Shown in pieces: positions 51,379 to 63,778 of a DNA stretch of 64,000 bases. Made by a program: the position numbers and the translations under genes. The notes beneath the pieces were generated by a model. It worked only from the letters and a program-made list of their open reading frames with translations. It did not search any database and was not told the DNA's origin. Numbering within the stretch: the stretch's first letter is position 1; the number at the start of each line of letters is the position of its first letter. The DNA is from Chara braunii (lineage: Eukaryota > Plantae > Charophyceae): assembly GCA_003427395.1 (NCBI GenBank), contig BFEA01000025.1, positions 3,580,038 through 3,644,037 on the forward strand, in the 5' to 3' direction.

Positions 51379-51754
51379 GGGCATACTCACACGAGGACCA
51401 AAAGAACCAAAATCCCAAAATTTGAGTTATTTTTCGGGTCACACTGGAGAGGCTCACTACCCAAATGCCTCAAACGGTGACCCTTCTGTCGGCGGCCTGT
51501 GGGGCCGCGGGCGTACCCTTTTTGAGACACCTCCGGACGTGGTCTTATTATTATTTTTTTTTAATCCCTCTTTTCGTTTGGTCCTCCCCCGTGTGACCGG
51601 GCGCACTTGCCCTGAATGCGAAGTGTCAGGGTCGCGACTTTGTCCTTTCTGGACGAGGTCCGCCCGTGTGACCACACAGGGACCAAATGCCTAGAAAAAG
51701 CCGAACGAAATGCCTCAAATTTTTGAGACTTTTGGTCCCTGTGTGAGTATGCCC
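51379..51754. mobile_element. PIF/Harbinger MITE
   Basis: TIR GGGCATACTCACAC; TSD TCA. Confidence 0.9.
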
Positions 51755-51912
51755 TCAGAAATAGTTGGTTGTACAACTTCACTCATCAAGTTCAATCATC
51801 TGGATTCGAACACAGGTCTGTATTTTCAACAGTTCATGAGTGTACCCACTGAGCTCGGCTCTTGGGTGCTTACCACGGTTTCATCACTCCTTCTGTCAGT
51901 TTTCCGCCAGAT

Positions 51913-52783
51913 GGGGTCTCGCTCCACTGCTCTAGAAACCGGCCATTTCTTGAGTGCGGCACCGCTCCACTTACTCGAGACGCCAGGTCTGGAATTCGGG
52001 TTCTTGAGCTGTCAGTATCTCCTCACGAAAATGGCGAGAATCCGTCGTCGCTCCACTACCTCATGAAACGCACTCACGAAAATGCATTTCTTAAGTTGGC
52101 AGAACGTCCTCTCCCATGGCACTCTTGACAATTCGAGAGCTCCTGCCTGCAGCGGCAGGAATTTCAAGGGAGGCATCGAGGACCTTCGAAAGTTGAGCAT
52201 TTTTTTGGAGTGCACCTGGAGTCTGGGCAGACAACAACGTGCTGCCGGTGTTGTGCAGCTCTCTCAAAGAGCGGTCTGACATCCGAGAGGCCTTCTTGAG
52301 TTTGACCTTCTAGAGTAAGAGGCTCGCCACACAGGCTGTCGAAAACCAGGTTTTCGACAATTTTGCATCGCCACACAGACTTTCGAAAAATTGCGGCTCA
52401 AGAAACTTTCGACAGGTGTCAGAACGGTCCTTTCGACAGCCGCCCTCCAGCAACTGTTTCCACCAGCCTGCAGGTGACGGAAATTAGACAGTGGCCCGCT
52501 GACCTTTTGAAAATTGCGCTCGAATTTGCGTTGTCAGGGACTGTTCCGTCAACTTCCGTGAAACCCCTCCGCCTGGCCATGACCAAAAACCTTGCCCCTC
52601 CACAGCCTGTGGCGAAGGGGGGGAAAATTGTCCCTGACTGTAGAAAAATTTTGACATTCTACAGCCGGTGTGGCGAGCCTCTGAGTGGAGCCATGTTCTC
52701 TTTTTCAGTCGTTTCTAGAGTCTGACAGCTCTAGACTCACTCTCGAAGATCTTCGCGAGTCTAGAGTGGTGGAGCGAGACCCC
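51913..52783. mobile_element. Non-autonomous TIR element containing a nested TIR element
   Basis: ggggtctcgctccactgctctaga / tctagagtggtggagcgagacccc. Confidence 0.8.
52319..52681. mobile_element. Nested Harbinger-like MITE
   Basis: TIR gaggctcgccacac(a/c)ggctgt; flanks taa/tga. Confidence 0.8.
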
Positions 52784-52979
52784 ATGGTGGGAGAGGTACA
52801 CTACTTTTGGTAATAGCCTGGCAGTCATGCGCGGTATCATCACATGGTGGCATGATTTATCATTTGCCGCACCACGGTGTGGACTGATTAACAGCAATAA
52901 ACATAAACAGCGGTCGAAAGGAGACAAGCCAGGCGGACCGACACGAAACAGTAACCGACACGAAAATCCACGAGTCCTT

Positions 52980-53101
52980 GGGCCTCGCTGCACTACGCTC
53001 GAAAGGTGCAAAACGAGAGTGAATCTTCCGCTAGAACATGGAAAGATACAGCGACATGATTTTTGTCTTTTGTGCATTTCAAGAGTAGTGCAGCGAGGCC
53101 C
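52980..53101. mobile_element. ~122 bp MITE, family B (other copies 53771-53894, 54138-54259, 56150-56274)
   Basis: TIR gggcctcgctgcactac; shared core gaatcttccgctagaacatggaaagatac. Confidence 0.88.
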
Positions 53102-53135
53102 ATTTTCCGTTTGTCGTTTCTATTCTTTTCAAAAA

Positions 53136-53685
53136 GGGGGACGGGCCTTCGGATATCATCATCAAAACTGACCAATCTGATCCTTTCAAATCAGATCACA
53201 TCAGACATCCAACTAGTCTATATATATGAAACTCCGACGAAACAGTTTGTCACAGCCCCCTTGATTGTTGTCCTCCTCTCCCTCTCTGCCTACGGTTTAC
53301 CGGGCAGTTCTATTTGACAATATATATATCGTCACAAACAGATATATATATATATATATATATTCTGCAGACTCTCCGACGAAACAGTTTGTCACAGCCC
53401 CTCGTTTGTTGCCCTCTTCTCCCTCTCCGCCTACGGTTTACCGGCCAGCTCTGTTTGACTATATAGATTAATTTCATTCTGTTCCCTGATTGCATCTGGA
53501 CTCGAGCTTCGATGTAATTAAGAGTTCATGGGTGTACCAACTGAGGGCATACTCACACGAGGACTTTTTACTTATTTGGACGGAATTGCGGCCAGATGCA
53601 TACAGGTGTGGCTGAAATTAAGGTCTGATGCGTTCTGGGAAAGTGCTACCGTAGTGTGAGTATGCCCTGAGCTGGGCCCAGTGGT
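53136..53685 (-). mobile_element. Family A SINE interrupted by TRIM-like units (53225-53465) and a Harbinger MITE
   Basis: Tail gccttcggatatcatc; the A-box is split as ccaactga[MITE]tgagctggg. Confidence 0.7.
53545..53667. mobile_element. PIF/Harbinger MITE
   Basis: TIR GGGCATACTCACAC; TSD TGA. Confidence 0.9.
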
Positions 53686-54448
53686 CTTCGAACTAGTTTA
53701 CCGATTTTCTGATCGAGAAGTACCCGAGCCAGCATTGTTTGCCAATTGGTCAATTGGGCGAAACGCTCAAGGACCTCTGTCCACTACTATCGAATGTGCA
53801 AAACGAGAGTGATGAATCTTCCTCTAGAACATGGAAAGATACACCACCATGATTTCTGTCTTATGTGCATTTCGAGAGTGGTGGAGCGACGCCCAAATAG
53901 TCGGCTATGCGTTCTCACTGAAGATTTTGAAAAAAAGAAAACGACAGCAATGATTGGCAAGTCCCATGATTGGCAGGTCCCAACGCGCGCGGCTGACGGC
54001 AGCATGTGGAGGGACCAAGCACGGTCGGCAACCTGTTAACGACCTTTTTTTTTTTTTTTTTTTTTTTTAAATGTCAACGACCTTTCGACCAGGCCATGCG
54101 ACGTCTGTTGTCCGGCCGCAGTCAGGGGCAGACCATCGGGCCTCGCTGCACTACTCTGCAAATGTGCAAAATGAGACTGAATGCACCCGTGCAGTATGGA
54201 AAGATACATTGCCATCGCTTTTGTCTTTTGAGCATGTGGAGAGTAGCGCAGGGAGGCCCATTAGCTCGCTAATTCCTCTTGTGATCGCAATTTTTTATTA
54301 TAAGAAAAGGCTAAACCAATTCAAGTACCTGTGGAATCTGGACAGGACGGCCTTTCAGGCCTTTGTTATTGTCATTACGGTATTACGTGGAACCCCGTGC
54401 TCGAAGCTTCAACGAGGGAACATGCGGCAGCCGCACCCAGCAGCAGAT

Positions 54449-54577
54449 GCGATACCTGCTACAGCAGGTGGGCGATACCGGCTGTACCTGCTACAGCAGG
54501 TGGGCGATACCGGCTGTACCTGCTACAGCAGGCCGGCGATACCGGCTGTACCTGCTACAGCAGGTGGGCGATACCGG
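54449..54577. repeat. 32 bp minisatellite with an internal palindrome
   Basis: gcgataccggctgtacctgctacagcaggtgg x~4. Confidence 0.95.
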
Positions 54578-54769
54578 CCCGGAGTGAGCCGGTAGCATCA
54601 GGACCGAGCTTCTTCGATGGGCCAGTCACTGTGCCTCCCCTCCGGTCCCCTCCCCCTATGAACATCAGCAGTCTCTGCTCAATGCCACAGTCTGTGCTCA
54701 ATGCCACTCCGCGGGACCGAAGGCATATCTCCAGGTGGCGGGGGCCAGGCTTACCCAGGAAGGTGCATG

Positions 54770-54838
54770 AGGCCAATGGGGATTGAACCCAAGACCTCCT
54801 AAATGCGACTTGCCTGCCTTACCAACTGAGCTAGGCCG
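54770..54838 (-). mobile_element. tRNA-like head of a second SINE family (or tRNA pseudogene)
   Basis: Minus strand ggcctagctcagttggtaaggc...ggaggtcttgggttcaatcccc; anticodon arm imperfect. Confidence 0.65.
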
Positions 54839-55831
54839 GTGGATTTGTTTCTCTTTTTTTTCTCGTCTTCTTGGTATTATGCATCTATCTTGGCCGCTGG
54901 ATTGTCGCAACATCAGTCGTTGATTTGGTTATAGGGTTTATTTATTAGCGGGTAACTACTCTTTTTTTTTCCGTTCTTTTTTTTTAGCGGGCAACATCTG
55001 TCGCAGCTCGTCGTCGTCGCCCACTGACTGCGGTAACTATCGCATTGAGCAGGCTGTGGCCTATAGGTAGATGCACCAACCCCCATCGGCCAAAAATTTT
55101 GAACGCATCTGGACAACGTATCTGTGCAGATGCATTCAGAATCTTGGCGGATGGCGAATGGTTCGACTATGGTGGAAAAGGCGCCTTGTATGGGAACTTC
55201 CTCGTGAAACTGAACGGTGAAGATGCGCATCATTCGAGTTGAGGGTATGGTTACACCTGGAAGAAGGAAATAGGAGCAAAGCCCATTGACTGGAAAATAA
55301 CGTAAAAGTAGGAAGAAGGAAACGGTGAAGATGCGCATGTTGAGAGTAGTGAGAGGCCCACGTGAAACTGAACGGTGAAGTTGTGCATGTCGGAAAAAAA
55401 AAAAAAAAAAAAAAAAGAGAGTAGTGGAGCGAGGCCCAGACCCCGCCATGTGTGGCGTTGGTGGGGGCTAGGGGGAGGTGCAGTGACTGGCCATTGCTCG
55501 GCGCTAGCTAGCACCGCCGATTTCCTTCCCCCCCATCGGCAATGCCTGCCCACTCCTCATCACCGTGATGAGGGACTGGTACAGCCTTGCTCTCGCACCA
55601 CAGCTGTGGTCCCCACCTACCCCGTGGGCTGGGGAGAGATCCGGGTTGGTTGGTGTTCCCCCGTACTATACATAGACTAGTGAGAGGATGAGATAGGTGC
55701 ATACTACCAAGACGATGAGATAGATGAGATAGATGAGAGAAGAATATAGCTTACTTTTAATTTAAAAAAAAAGAAAAACGAAGAAACGACGGGACGGTGA
55801 AGGCAACGCAACTTGTAGTTTTCCAAGTTGA

Positions 55832-55958
55832 GGGCATACTCACAGTAGCACTTTTTCACCTGTTTTTGGACGGAATTGAGGCCATATGGATACAGATTCG
55901 GCCGGAAATACACGCAGATCCATTTAGATAGTACTGCTACAGTAGTGTGAGTACGCCC
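55832..55958. mobile_element. PIF/Harbinger MITE
   Basis: TIR GGGCATACTCACA; TSD TGA. Confidence 0.85.
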
Positions 55959-57063
55959 TGAGAGTGTGTAACCGCCAGATGAGAAGCTGGAGCATAATTC
56001 ATCATAACCGGCAAGAGGTCAGCTCTTGATCATTCATCATAACCGGCCGATAACCGGCCGAGGACCGGGAAACGGGAAACGGGAAACGGGAAACAAGAGG
56101 GGTGGGACATGTCGGGCAGGCACCACTGGTAGGACGCACTCTACGTAGTGGGCCTCGCTGCACTACTACTCTCGAAATGCGCAAAACGAGAGTGAATCTT
56201 CCGCCAGAATATGGAAAGATACACGGCCATGATTTTTGTTTTTTGTGCATGTCGAGAGTAGTGCAGCGAGGCCCTGTGTGTGTGTGATGAAGGACACAGC
56301 AGCGCGGCTGGGCTTCCGGCATTGGCTGGGCGCCCGCCAATGACCACAGAGATCGACCGCCCTGAGCCATTCTCGCCCGCCAGTGGCCACAGAGATCGAC
56401 CGCCCTGAGCCATTCTCCCGCCAAACTGCCGCCTACGTAGAGCAGTGGATCGGGCAACGTGTTTGACTGACCGAATTTGCCCGCAATCTCGGTCGAATAC
56501 GGCCGCAGGGAGGTCCTGGCTCTCTCATAAATCTTCGCCCTCGTCCCTGCCAGAACTCACTAATCCCGTCTCACAGTCTGGTCCTCCCCTCGCCAATCCT
56601 TTCCCCGAAAGTTTCGACCCTGTGGGCGCGCCGCGGATCGGAATCGCAACTGTGGTGGAGCTGAAAACCATTGTGATGAAACACTCCTCGCCATTCTGAT
56701 GTAGCAGTGGAAGTCGTCTTTCGCGCGTGTCCGGCCGGCCCGCCCGCCCGCTCGCCCGCTGTGTTCCTTCTTAGTTCGTTCCGCTGTTAGGAGGATTCGG
56801 TTCGGCGGCACCAAGCAGAGTGTTGTGATATTCGGCGCCACCGAGCAAAGTGCAGTGAAAGGCGAAAGGGCAAATCGCAAAAGTGTAGTGGCGGGGCGAC
56901 GGTGTCTCTGGTTGGTTGTGGTGAAAAGACAGAAGGAAACAGACGCGCGCGCACGTCTCGTCCGTCAGATCGCCAACAACACCGCGCCTGCTCGCCCGCC
57001 TGCCTGCTTGCCTGGCTGATAAGCAGACGTCGTGCGCGACGTTATATACGTTATCGGATCGCA

Positions 57064-57420
57064 ATGGCGGCCGCTGTGTCTCAGGGGATCTCCTCGCAGG
57101 TCTTCTCCATCGCCGCTCGACAAGATCAGAGCGCCGTCCTTGCCTCTACTTCGTCGTCGTCCGATTGCGCCGCCACCCTTGTCATTCCGCGCTTCACGGG
57201 CTTACAGAAAAGTAGCACTTCAGCGATCGCGGCAGGGCGACACGTGTCTCATCGGGAGGGCTTCTCGAAACAGGCGCAGAGGCTTTCGCGCCGTACTCGT
57301 GCAGGAGGAGCGGTGACGGTGGAGATGGTGGTCGCAGTTCCTTCCGCCAACAAGGTCGAGTCCGACTTCGAGACGAAAGTCTTTAAGAAGGAGAAGATCA
57401 CTTTGGCAGGCAATGATGAG
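57064..57420 (+). CDS. ilvC: Plastid ketol-acid reductoisomerase (acetohydroxyacid isomeroreductase), exon 1 with transit peptide
   Basis: Ser/Ala/Arg-rich transit peptide, then DFETKVFKKEKITLAGNDE, typical of plant KARI; gag|gtgagg donor. Confidence 0.93.
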
Positions 57421-58171
57421 GTGAGGAAGTGTTTTTCGACAGCTCCCTGCGTGTTTAAAGTTATCACGTACCAGCGTTTTATTAAGGTATAATAATAACA
57501 GTAATAATAATAATAATAATAATTATAATAATAATACACTAGGCAGGGGATTTTCGAATGAATGTGCGGCCGCCAGGAAGGTCAGATGCATGCAGGAAAG
57601 TCTTAGTGAGAGTCAGATGCATGCAGGAAATTCTTAGTGGGAGTCAGATGCATGCAGGAAAGTCTTTTACTGAGAGTATCATCGTACTCTTATACTCTTA
57701 TATATATTATATTAGGGCAAAGAAAGCTCGAAAATTCTTCTGATTGAATTGCACAGATCGCTCCTTCCTCGTTCAGACAGTAGATGTCTGCCAATGCAGT
57801 CCTGGTGCGGATCACGAACCTGACCATCGTCCCCATCCAGATACACATTTTGACAGGAACCTGATGTCCCTCTCGATTTTTATTCCCGCAGTACTGTCGG
57901 TATCGGTTCGTTGTTACATCATTCATCATGGAAAAAATGTATCGTTGGCAATGTTTCTTTTTTTTTTGTTGCGGAATAATACTAATAATTATCGTCTCTC
58001 CTTCCTATTATTGCAGTCGTAATCGTTTCTGTTGCTGAATAATAATAGTAATAATTATCGACTGTTCTTCCTATTACTGCAGTCGCAGTCGGAACGATTG
58101 TAGTAAATGTGGTATGGGTCCGGAGGATGGTTTTGTTAATGCCATCATTATTTTCTTTATCGGTGTTGTAA

Positions 58172-58462
58172 GAGGCATGTTTAGTGATTTTATCATAGAA
58201 GTTGTGTAATAGACACAGACTCTTAAAAATAAATTATTCAGTTAAGTATCGGCATTACTAATAAAACGGACGAGGCATGTTTATTGATCTTATCATAGAA
58301 ATACTGTGTAGCAGACAGATTCTTCAAAATAAATTATTCTATTATCGGCATTACTAGTAAAACGGGCGAGGCATGTTTATTGATCTTATGATAGAAATTC
58401 TGTGTAGCAGACAGATTCTTAAAAATAAATTATTCTAGTAGAAGTTATCGTCATTACTAATA
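58172..58462. repeat. ~97 bp tandem repeat x3 (further short arrays at 57581-57668, 58665-58755, 60030-60300, 63848-63983)
   Basis: gaggcatgtttattgatcttatcatagaaa..aaaataaattattc. Confidence 0.9.
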
Positions 58463-59437
58463 AAAAATAAAATAGTCATATTTTGATAGTAAATGTGATA
58501 TGGGTCGGTAGGATTATTAGTAATGACGACCAGGCGACGAATTCCCTTACGACCGTTTTATTCCTTATCGTATGCATAGATAACCGCCCAATGAATCGTA
58601 GGCAGAGAGGGAGAGGATGTATATATATGTATAAATATATCATATTATTAAATATAATATATCATATTTTTATATATAATTTGTTCATTGTCATATTTAT
58701 TTTTATATATAATTTGTTCATTGTCATATTTATTTACATATAATTTGTTCGTTGTAATATGTATATGCATAATCTTTTTGAACTTTTGTTTGTATTGTTG
58801 GGAGAGTTTGTAGGGGATGTTACTAAAGGTCTGGCAATGTCTACGATGAGCCCACCACTCACGGCAATGTTAATGCCACTCGTGTTCCTCTTCTTTTTTT
58901 TTTTCCCATGTTCTGTTTATGAAGATCGGAAAGGTACACGTTGGCGGGCTGCGATCACGTGGAGGCGTGAATAGCACATTTTGAATGTAGTTTTTATCCT
59001 GAGGAATAAAATAATGTTAACATTACTCTTAAGTACCTAGGCTACCGTAGCGGCCTGTGATCACTTTCCCAGCGGGGCCAAAGAAATACATTCTGTTTGA
59101 CTATGTATATATTCTCATATTGTGAAGAATTTCGATGTGACGCTGAGACAAAATTTCAGTTGATCGCGTTTTTTTTTTTTTTTTGCGGGGACTTTCCGTG
59201 GCTTTTGTCTCTGGGCGGGTCACCCAGGCAATCAAGGTGACTCGGTCGGCCTGACCCGTAGCCCGTTTAAGTGTAAGCACACTATATGTGTAATGCCTAC
59301 CGCAATAAGTTTAGGCCGCCCGCAGCCCAGATAAGTATAGGTACACTATATGTATATAATGGCTACCGCAATAAGGTTAACATTATCAGAGGTAGTACCC
59401 CACTATTGACGATTGTTAACCCTAAATACAGTGACTA

Positions 59438-59807
59438 CTGTGGATCCAATACTGCGACGAAAAACAAGGGTTTTTAGTTTTACTACTGGTAAAGAACGAT
59501 TGTTATAACGCTGTCAATTCAAACTATGATAACGTTAATAGTAACCCTTGTTTTTCATCCGCTTAACAGTCGTCGTTACCGGTTAACGATCGTTTCATAT
59601 GAACATTATCATAATTTGAATCGATTCAAAATTTTATGGTAATGTTACTAAAATACTAATATGATTTGTTTTCGAATTATGATAATGTTATTATTATGTA
59701 TCGATAGCGTTACAATAATCGTCGTTACCGGTAGTTACCAAGTAACGATTATGTATCGATAGCGTTACAATATGATTTATTTTTTTATCGCTATATTGGA
59801 TCCAGAG
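59438..59807. mobile_element. Tc1/mariner-type MITE
   Basis: TA|ctgtggatccaata ... tattggatccagag|TA; AT-rich interior. Confidence 0.65.
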
Positions 59808-60871
59808 TATTGACTACTTTTGAGGGCAAGAAAAAAAAAAAGAGTGATGTCGGGACAGCCAAGCCAATGGTAAATTACGAAGTCAGGTTGATTGCGAACG
59901 TCGTCCCCGAAAACAAAGCACCCTGATCATGAATGTATCCAAACGATCCTTCCGGTCTGATACAGTCATGTTGAGGGCGCGTTGTGTTGGGGCGAGAGGC
60001 TAATAGTATGATGTAAAATTTATCCGAGTACTTACTTCAGCACGTGGGCCTTCGGTACGTGGGTTAGTCAGAAATTATTTTCTTTTTATTTATTTATATT
60101 TATTAATCATTCCATGGACCTGGGTGGTTACCGTGTTTGTTACGTGGATTCGTATGATTAGATCCGTGATGGCTTACTTTAGCACGTGGGGCTTCCGTAC
60201 GTGGATTAGTCTGAAATTTCCTTTTTTTATTTATTTATTAATCATTCCATGGACCAGGGTGATTACAGTGTTTGTCACGTGGATTCGTATTATTACTTCT
60301 GTTATGGCTACATGGGGTTAGGCTGCCTCCTTTGATCATCGCTGTTATGGCAGGGGGTGTGCATCTGCGTTCGCGTTGTTTGGTAACTGCTAAGCCTTCT
60401 CTTCCTCTCTCTTCCTCTTCCTCTTCCTCTTCTTCTCCTCTTCTTTTCCTTTTGTTTTTTCCTGGCTTGTGCTTGTGCGCTTGCTTGACTCTGATTGATG
60501 ATGTTTGCCAACGGTGATGATGTTTGTAGCGGGTGTAATTTCGGTCTCTTTTGTTGTCGTAGCAGCACGAGGCTCTTTTTCGGCGATCGTGTAGCATGGA
60601 CGTGGTCCTGTGAAAGCTCGTTTTGAACGGATCCTTCAACCGTCTTTGCCTTAATTAGGTGTCATCGTCAAGTGATTTACATCCGTATGTAGCCTTTTTT
60701 AAAGGCTAGGTACGGCAGAACGACCTCGCCTTCTAGACGGGTTGAGAATCTGGGTAAATTCTTCCTCGCTCTAATCAGGTGTGGCGTTGGTTCGGCTTGG
60801 CATGGCCAACTGCGCGGTTAACGGCGTGTTTAACTGCGCGGTTAACTGCGTGGACAATGACTAGATGTGTG

Positions 60872-60920
<49 letters not shown>

Positions 60921-61397
60921 GTATGGCGTCCTTCTGTCGGTAAGGTTAATGCGCTACTAGTGGTACGAGATTGAAGGATGATACGTGTTTCACTTTTTCA
61001 GGCAGTTATTGATTGAATGAGAAATTTGTTATCTTCTTCTTGAAGAATGTTTCGGTAAAGGAAATAAACGACGACCGTTCCTTATCTGGAAGAACGTATA
61101 GGGATCCCGCGTCCCGATCATTGAGAGCGTCTACATCGAAACGCTTATGGTTTCCATTTTGGAGAATATTGCCAGTAATAGCAAGTGCTAGTAGCATATG
61201 ATGATCTGCACGGCTGTGGATCTCCATTTTGGGGAATATTATCGAGAGGAAAGTAGCTAGATGTGAGTAGCAGACGAGTTGCTCAGCTGTTCGTTTCCGT
61301 TTCTGGAAACGTTTTACCAGTAATGGCAAGTAGCGTATGACCCGCCCAGCTGCAGGCTCCCTTCCACGTGGGCAGATTCACTTGAATCGAGACCTGG

Positions 61398-61608
61398 CTA
61401 CTGTCTCCCTCCGAACACAACGCACCCTCATTTTGGCCTGTACCTAAACGGAAATATAGCTTGTAGGCATTCATTATCAGGGTACCCGATGTTCGGTGGA
61501 AGACGTTAGTCAGCTAGTTGACGCACCCTGATAATGAATGCATACAGGCTATATTTCCGGTCAGGTACAGCCCAAATGAGGGTGCATTGTGGTCGGGGGA
61601 AGACTGTA
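61398..61608. repeat. Long imperfect inverted repeat (~85 bp arms)
   Basis: gcaccctcattt..ggaaatatagcttgtaggcattcattatcagggt versus accctgataatgaatgcatacaggctatatttcc..aaatgagggtgc. Confidence 0.88.
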
Positions 61609-62932
61609 GAGAGAGCTCAAGTACAAAGGGAAGACTGTAGAGAGAGCTCAAGTACAAAGGGATCTGGGTAAGCGTTTGAGTGCGCAACCGAAAACAATTC
61701 CGCTTGGGATCGCTGACCAAACTTGAGAAGATTGCCAAAAAGTCAGCGAGTGGAAAAAGCATTCCCACCAAAAATAAAATAAAAAATGAAGAAAAGCCAC
61801 TCCCAGGAAACCGGAGGTAATGACGGACGTAAAAGCAGAAATGTCTGCTTTTTTCTTGTTAAGGACTTCTGCTTTTTTTTTTCCCCTTAAGAATTTCTCC
61901 TTCGTGTCGGCGAAGGGCAGGGACGTGGGAAAAAGCAGAAATTCTAAAGTGGGGAAAAAAAATCAGAAATTCCTACGTATATGATTATATCCCCGTGAAG
62001 AAAGTTGAAATTTCTAATTATATCATTTATTATATGCAGATTGCGGGTATCACGAGATGGGGAAGCACAGATCCGAATCATTGATGGATCCCCAGTTTTC
62101 TTTTTTTTTAATATAATTTATATGCAGATTGTGCATCCGGGGCGGGTATCACGAGATCCGAATCATTGATGGATGATGGATCCCCAGTTTTTTTTTTTTT
62201 TTTTTTTCCCTGATCCAGAAAGCAGCAGATTGGAAGGGATGGAAACGACTTTTCCTCTTTTCGAGTCGGCGGTCTTCAAAGTTGATTGATGTGGAGTGTA
62301 GGAGAGAATTCCAGGCGGCCTGTAATTCGAGTATGTGTTTTTTGGTGTGATCTGGTGAAGAAGCCATAAATTACCTGTGAAGAAGCCATAAATTACCTGA
62401 TAAATGCATACAAGCTACATTTCCGGCTAGGTACAGCATACAAGTTAGCCTCCGCTTTTTGCTCGTGTTATTGCCTTCTATACGTCGCTTCTCCTCTTGT
62501 AAGATGTAAGTTGCTGTTTTTTTTGTCTTTTTTTTCCCTTTTTTTTTTTTTTTTTTTNTTTTTTTTTTTTTCTTCCTATTTTTTTGTTCTTCTTTCGAGT
62601 TTGTATATGTTTTTCCTCGTCTTTTCTTTTTTCTTTTTCCCCTACTCGTATTTTTTTTTTCGTCTGGTGTCCTGTTCGGATGATCTCCTGACGATTTTTT
62701 TTTTGTAGTTTTTTCCTGGTACTGTGGTCCAATGATGAGCTTTTTCTGTCTTTTTAGTTTTTTCCTGTTACTTTGGTCCGTCATTATGGCTGTATTTGAG
62801 GTAATTTTCAGTCTAGATACAGCGATACTTTGTGTTATCTTGGTGAAGGCGGAAGGCGGTAGGACGATCTACTGTCAGATTCACGGATTGCCTGGCTTGA
62901 TTAGTCCATCACGAAATTGAAAAGTTGCGGTC

Positions 62933-63133
62933 GTCCTTCGGGACATCCGTTAAAATTGGAAAATTCGAACGATACAGATAAGAAGATTGAAATTGGAAAA
63001 TTGGCATGATACAGATAAGGGGGTTAAAACTGGAAAATTGGAACGATGCAGTTAAGAAAGACGAGCAGGGCCAAGGATACGGAGTAGATTACCGATATGC
63101 AGTAGATTAGCATGGCACCCTGTGCAAGGGTGA
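62933..63133 (+). pseudogene. Internally rearranged U6 snRNA retrocopy with A-tail and 13-bp TSD
   Basis: gtccttcgggacatccgttaaaattgg...agattagcatggcaccctgtgcaagggtga; TSD aaaagttgcggtc (62920-62932 / 63173-63185). Confidence 0.92.
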
Positions 63134-63440
63134 TTTTGAAAAAAGAAAAAAAAGGAAAAACAAAAGAGGAGAAAAAGTTGCGGTCATCGTTTTGGGCCAG
63201 TTGTGGGCACTTGTGGCCGACCTAGAGGTAGAGCAAAAGTCATGTTTGGAGATTTGTTCCTTTTTCTATGTCGCGTTCTAACTATTTTTTGAGAAATTTC
63301 CTCTTTTTGAACAACTTCTTTCAACTTACTATTTGTTGATAAATTTCTTCTTTTTTAATAACTAATTTCACATGCAAGTTGATGTAACTAATTTTAAGTT
63401 TTTATTTTTTTGTTCCCGTTATCGTTGTGTGCGTTGTTGA

Positions 63441-63650
<210 letters not shown>

Positions 63651-63681
63651 TAACTACATGTCGCATAAAGAAAGCAAGAAG

Positions 63682-63778
63682 GTCCTTTGACAAATCTGTT
63701 AAAATTGTAGAGAGAAAGAGAAGATAAGCATTGCTCCTGCGCAAGGATGACACGCAGAAAGTGAGAAATTGCCCGAAG
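63682..63778 (+). pseudogene. Near full-length degenerate U6 snRNA retrocopy, KARI intron 2
   Basis: gtcc..gttaaaattg..agagaagataagcattgctcctgcgcaaggatgacacgca..gagaaat, then an A-rich tract. Confidence 0.88.

Larger units (their letters stand above)
51128..51869 (-). mobile_element. Family A SINE interrupted by two nested insertions
   Basis: TSD ttacca(t/c)ggtttc; the SINE reassembles after removing 51183-51345 and 51379-51757. Confidence 0.8.

Noticed and set aside
54449-54577. CRISPR array
   Set aside because: Palindromic 32-bp repeats but contiguous, with no spacers, no cas genes and a eukaryotic context. The same applies to 11776-11910 and 6828-6960.
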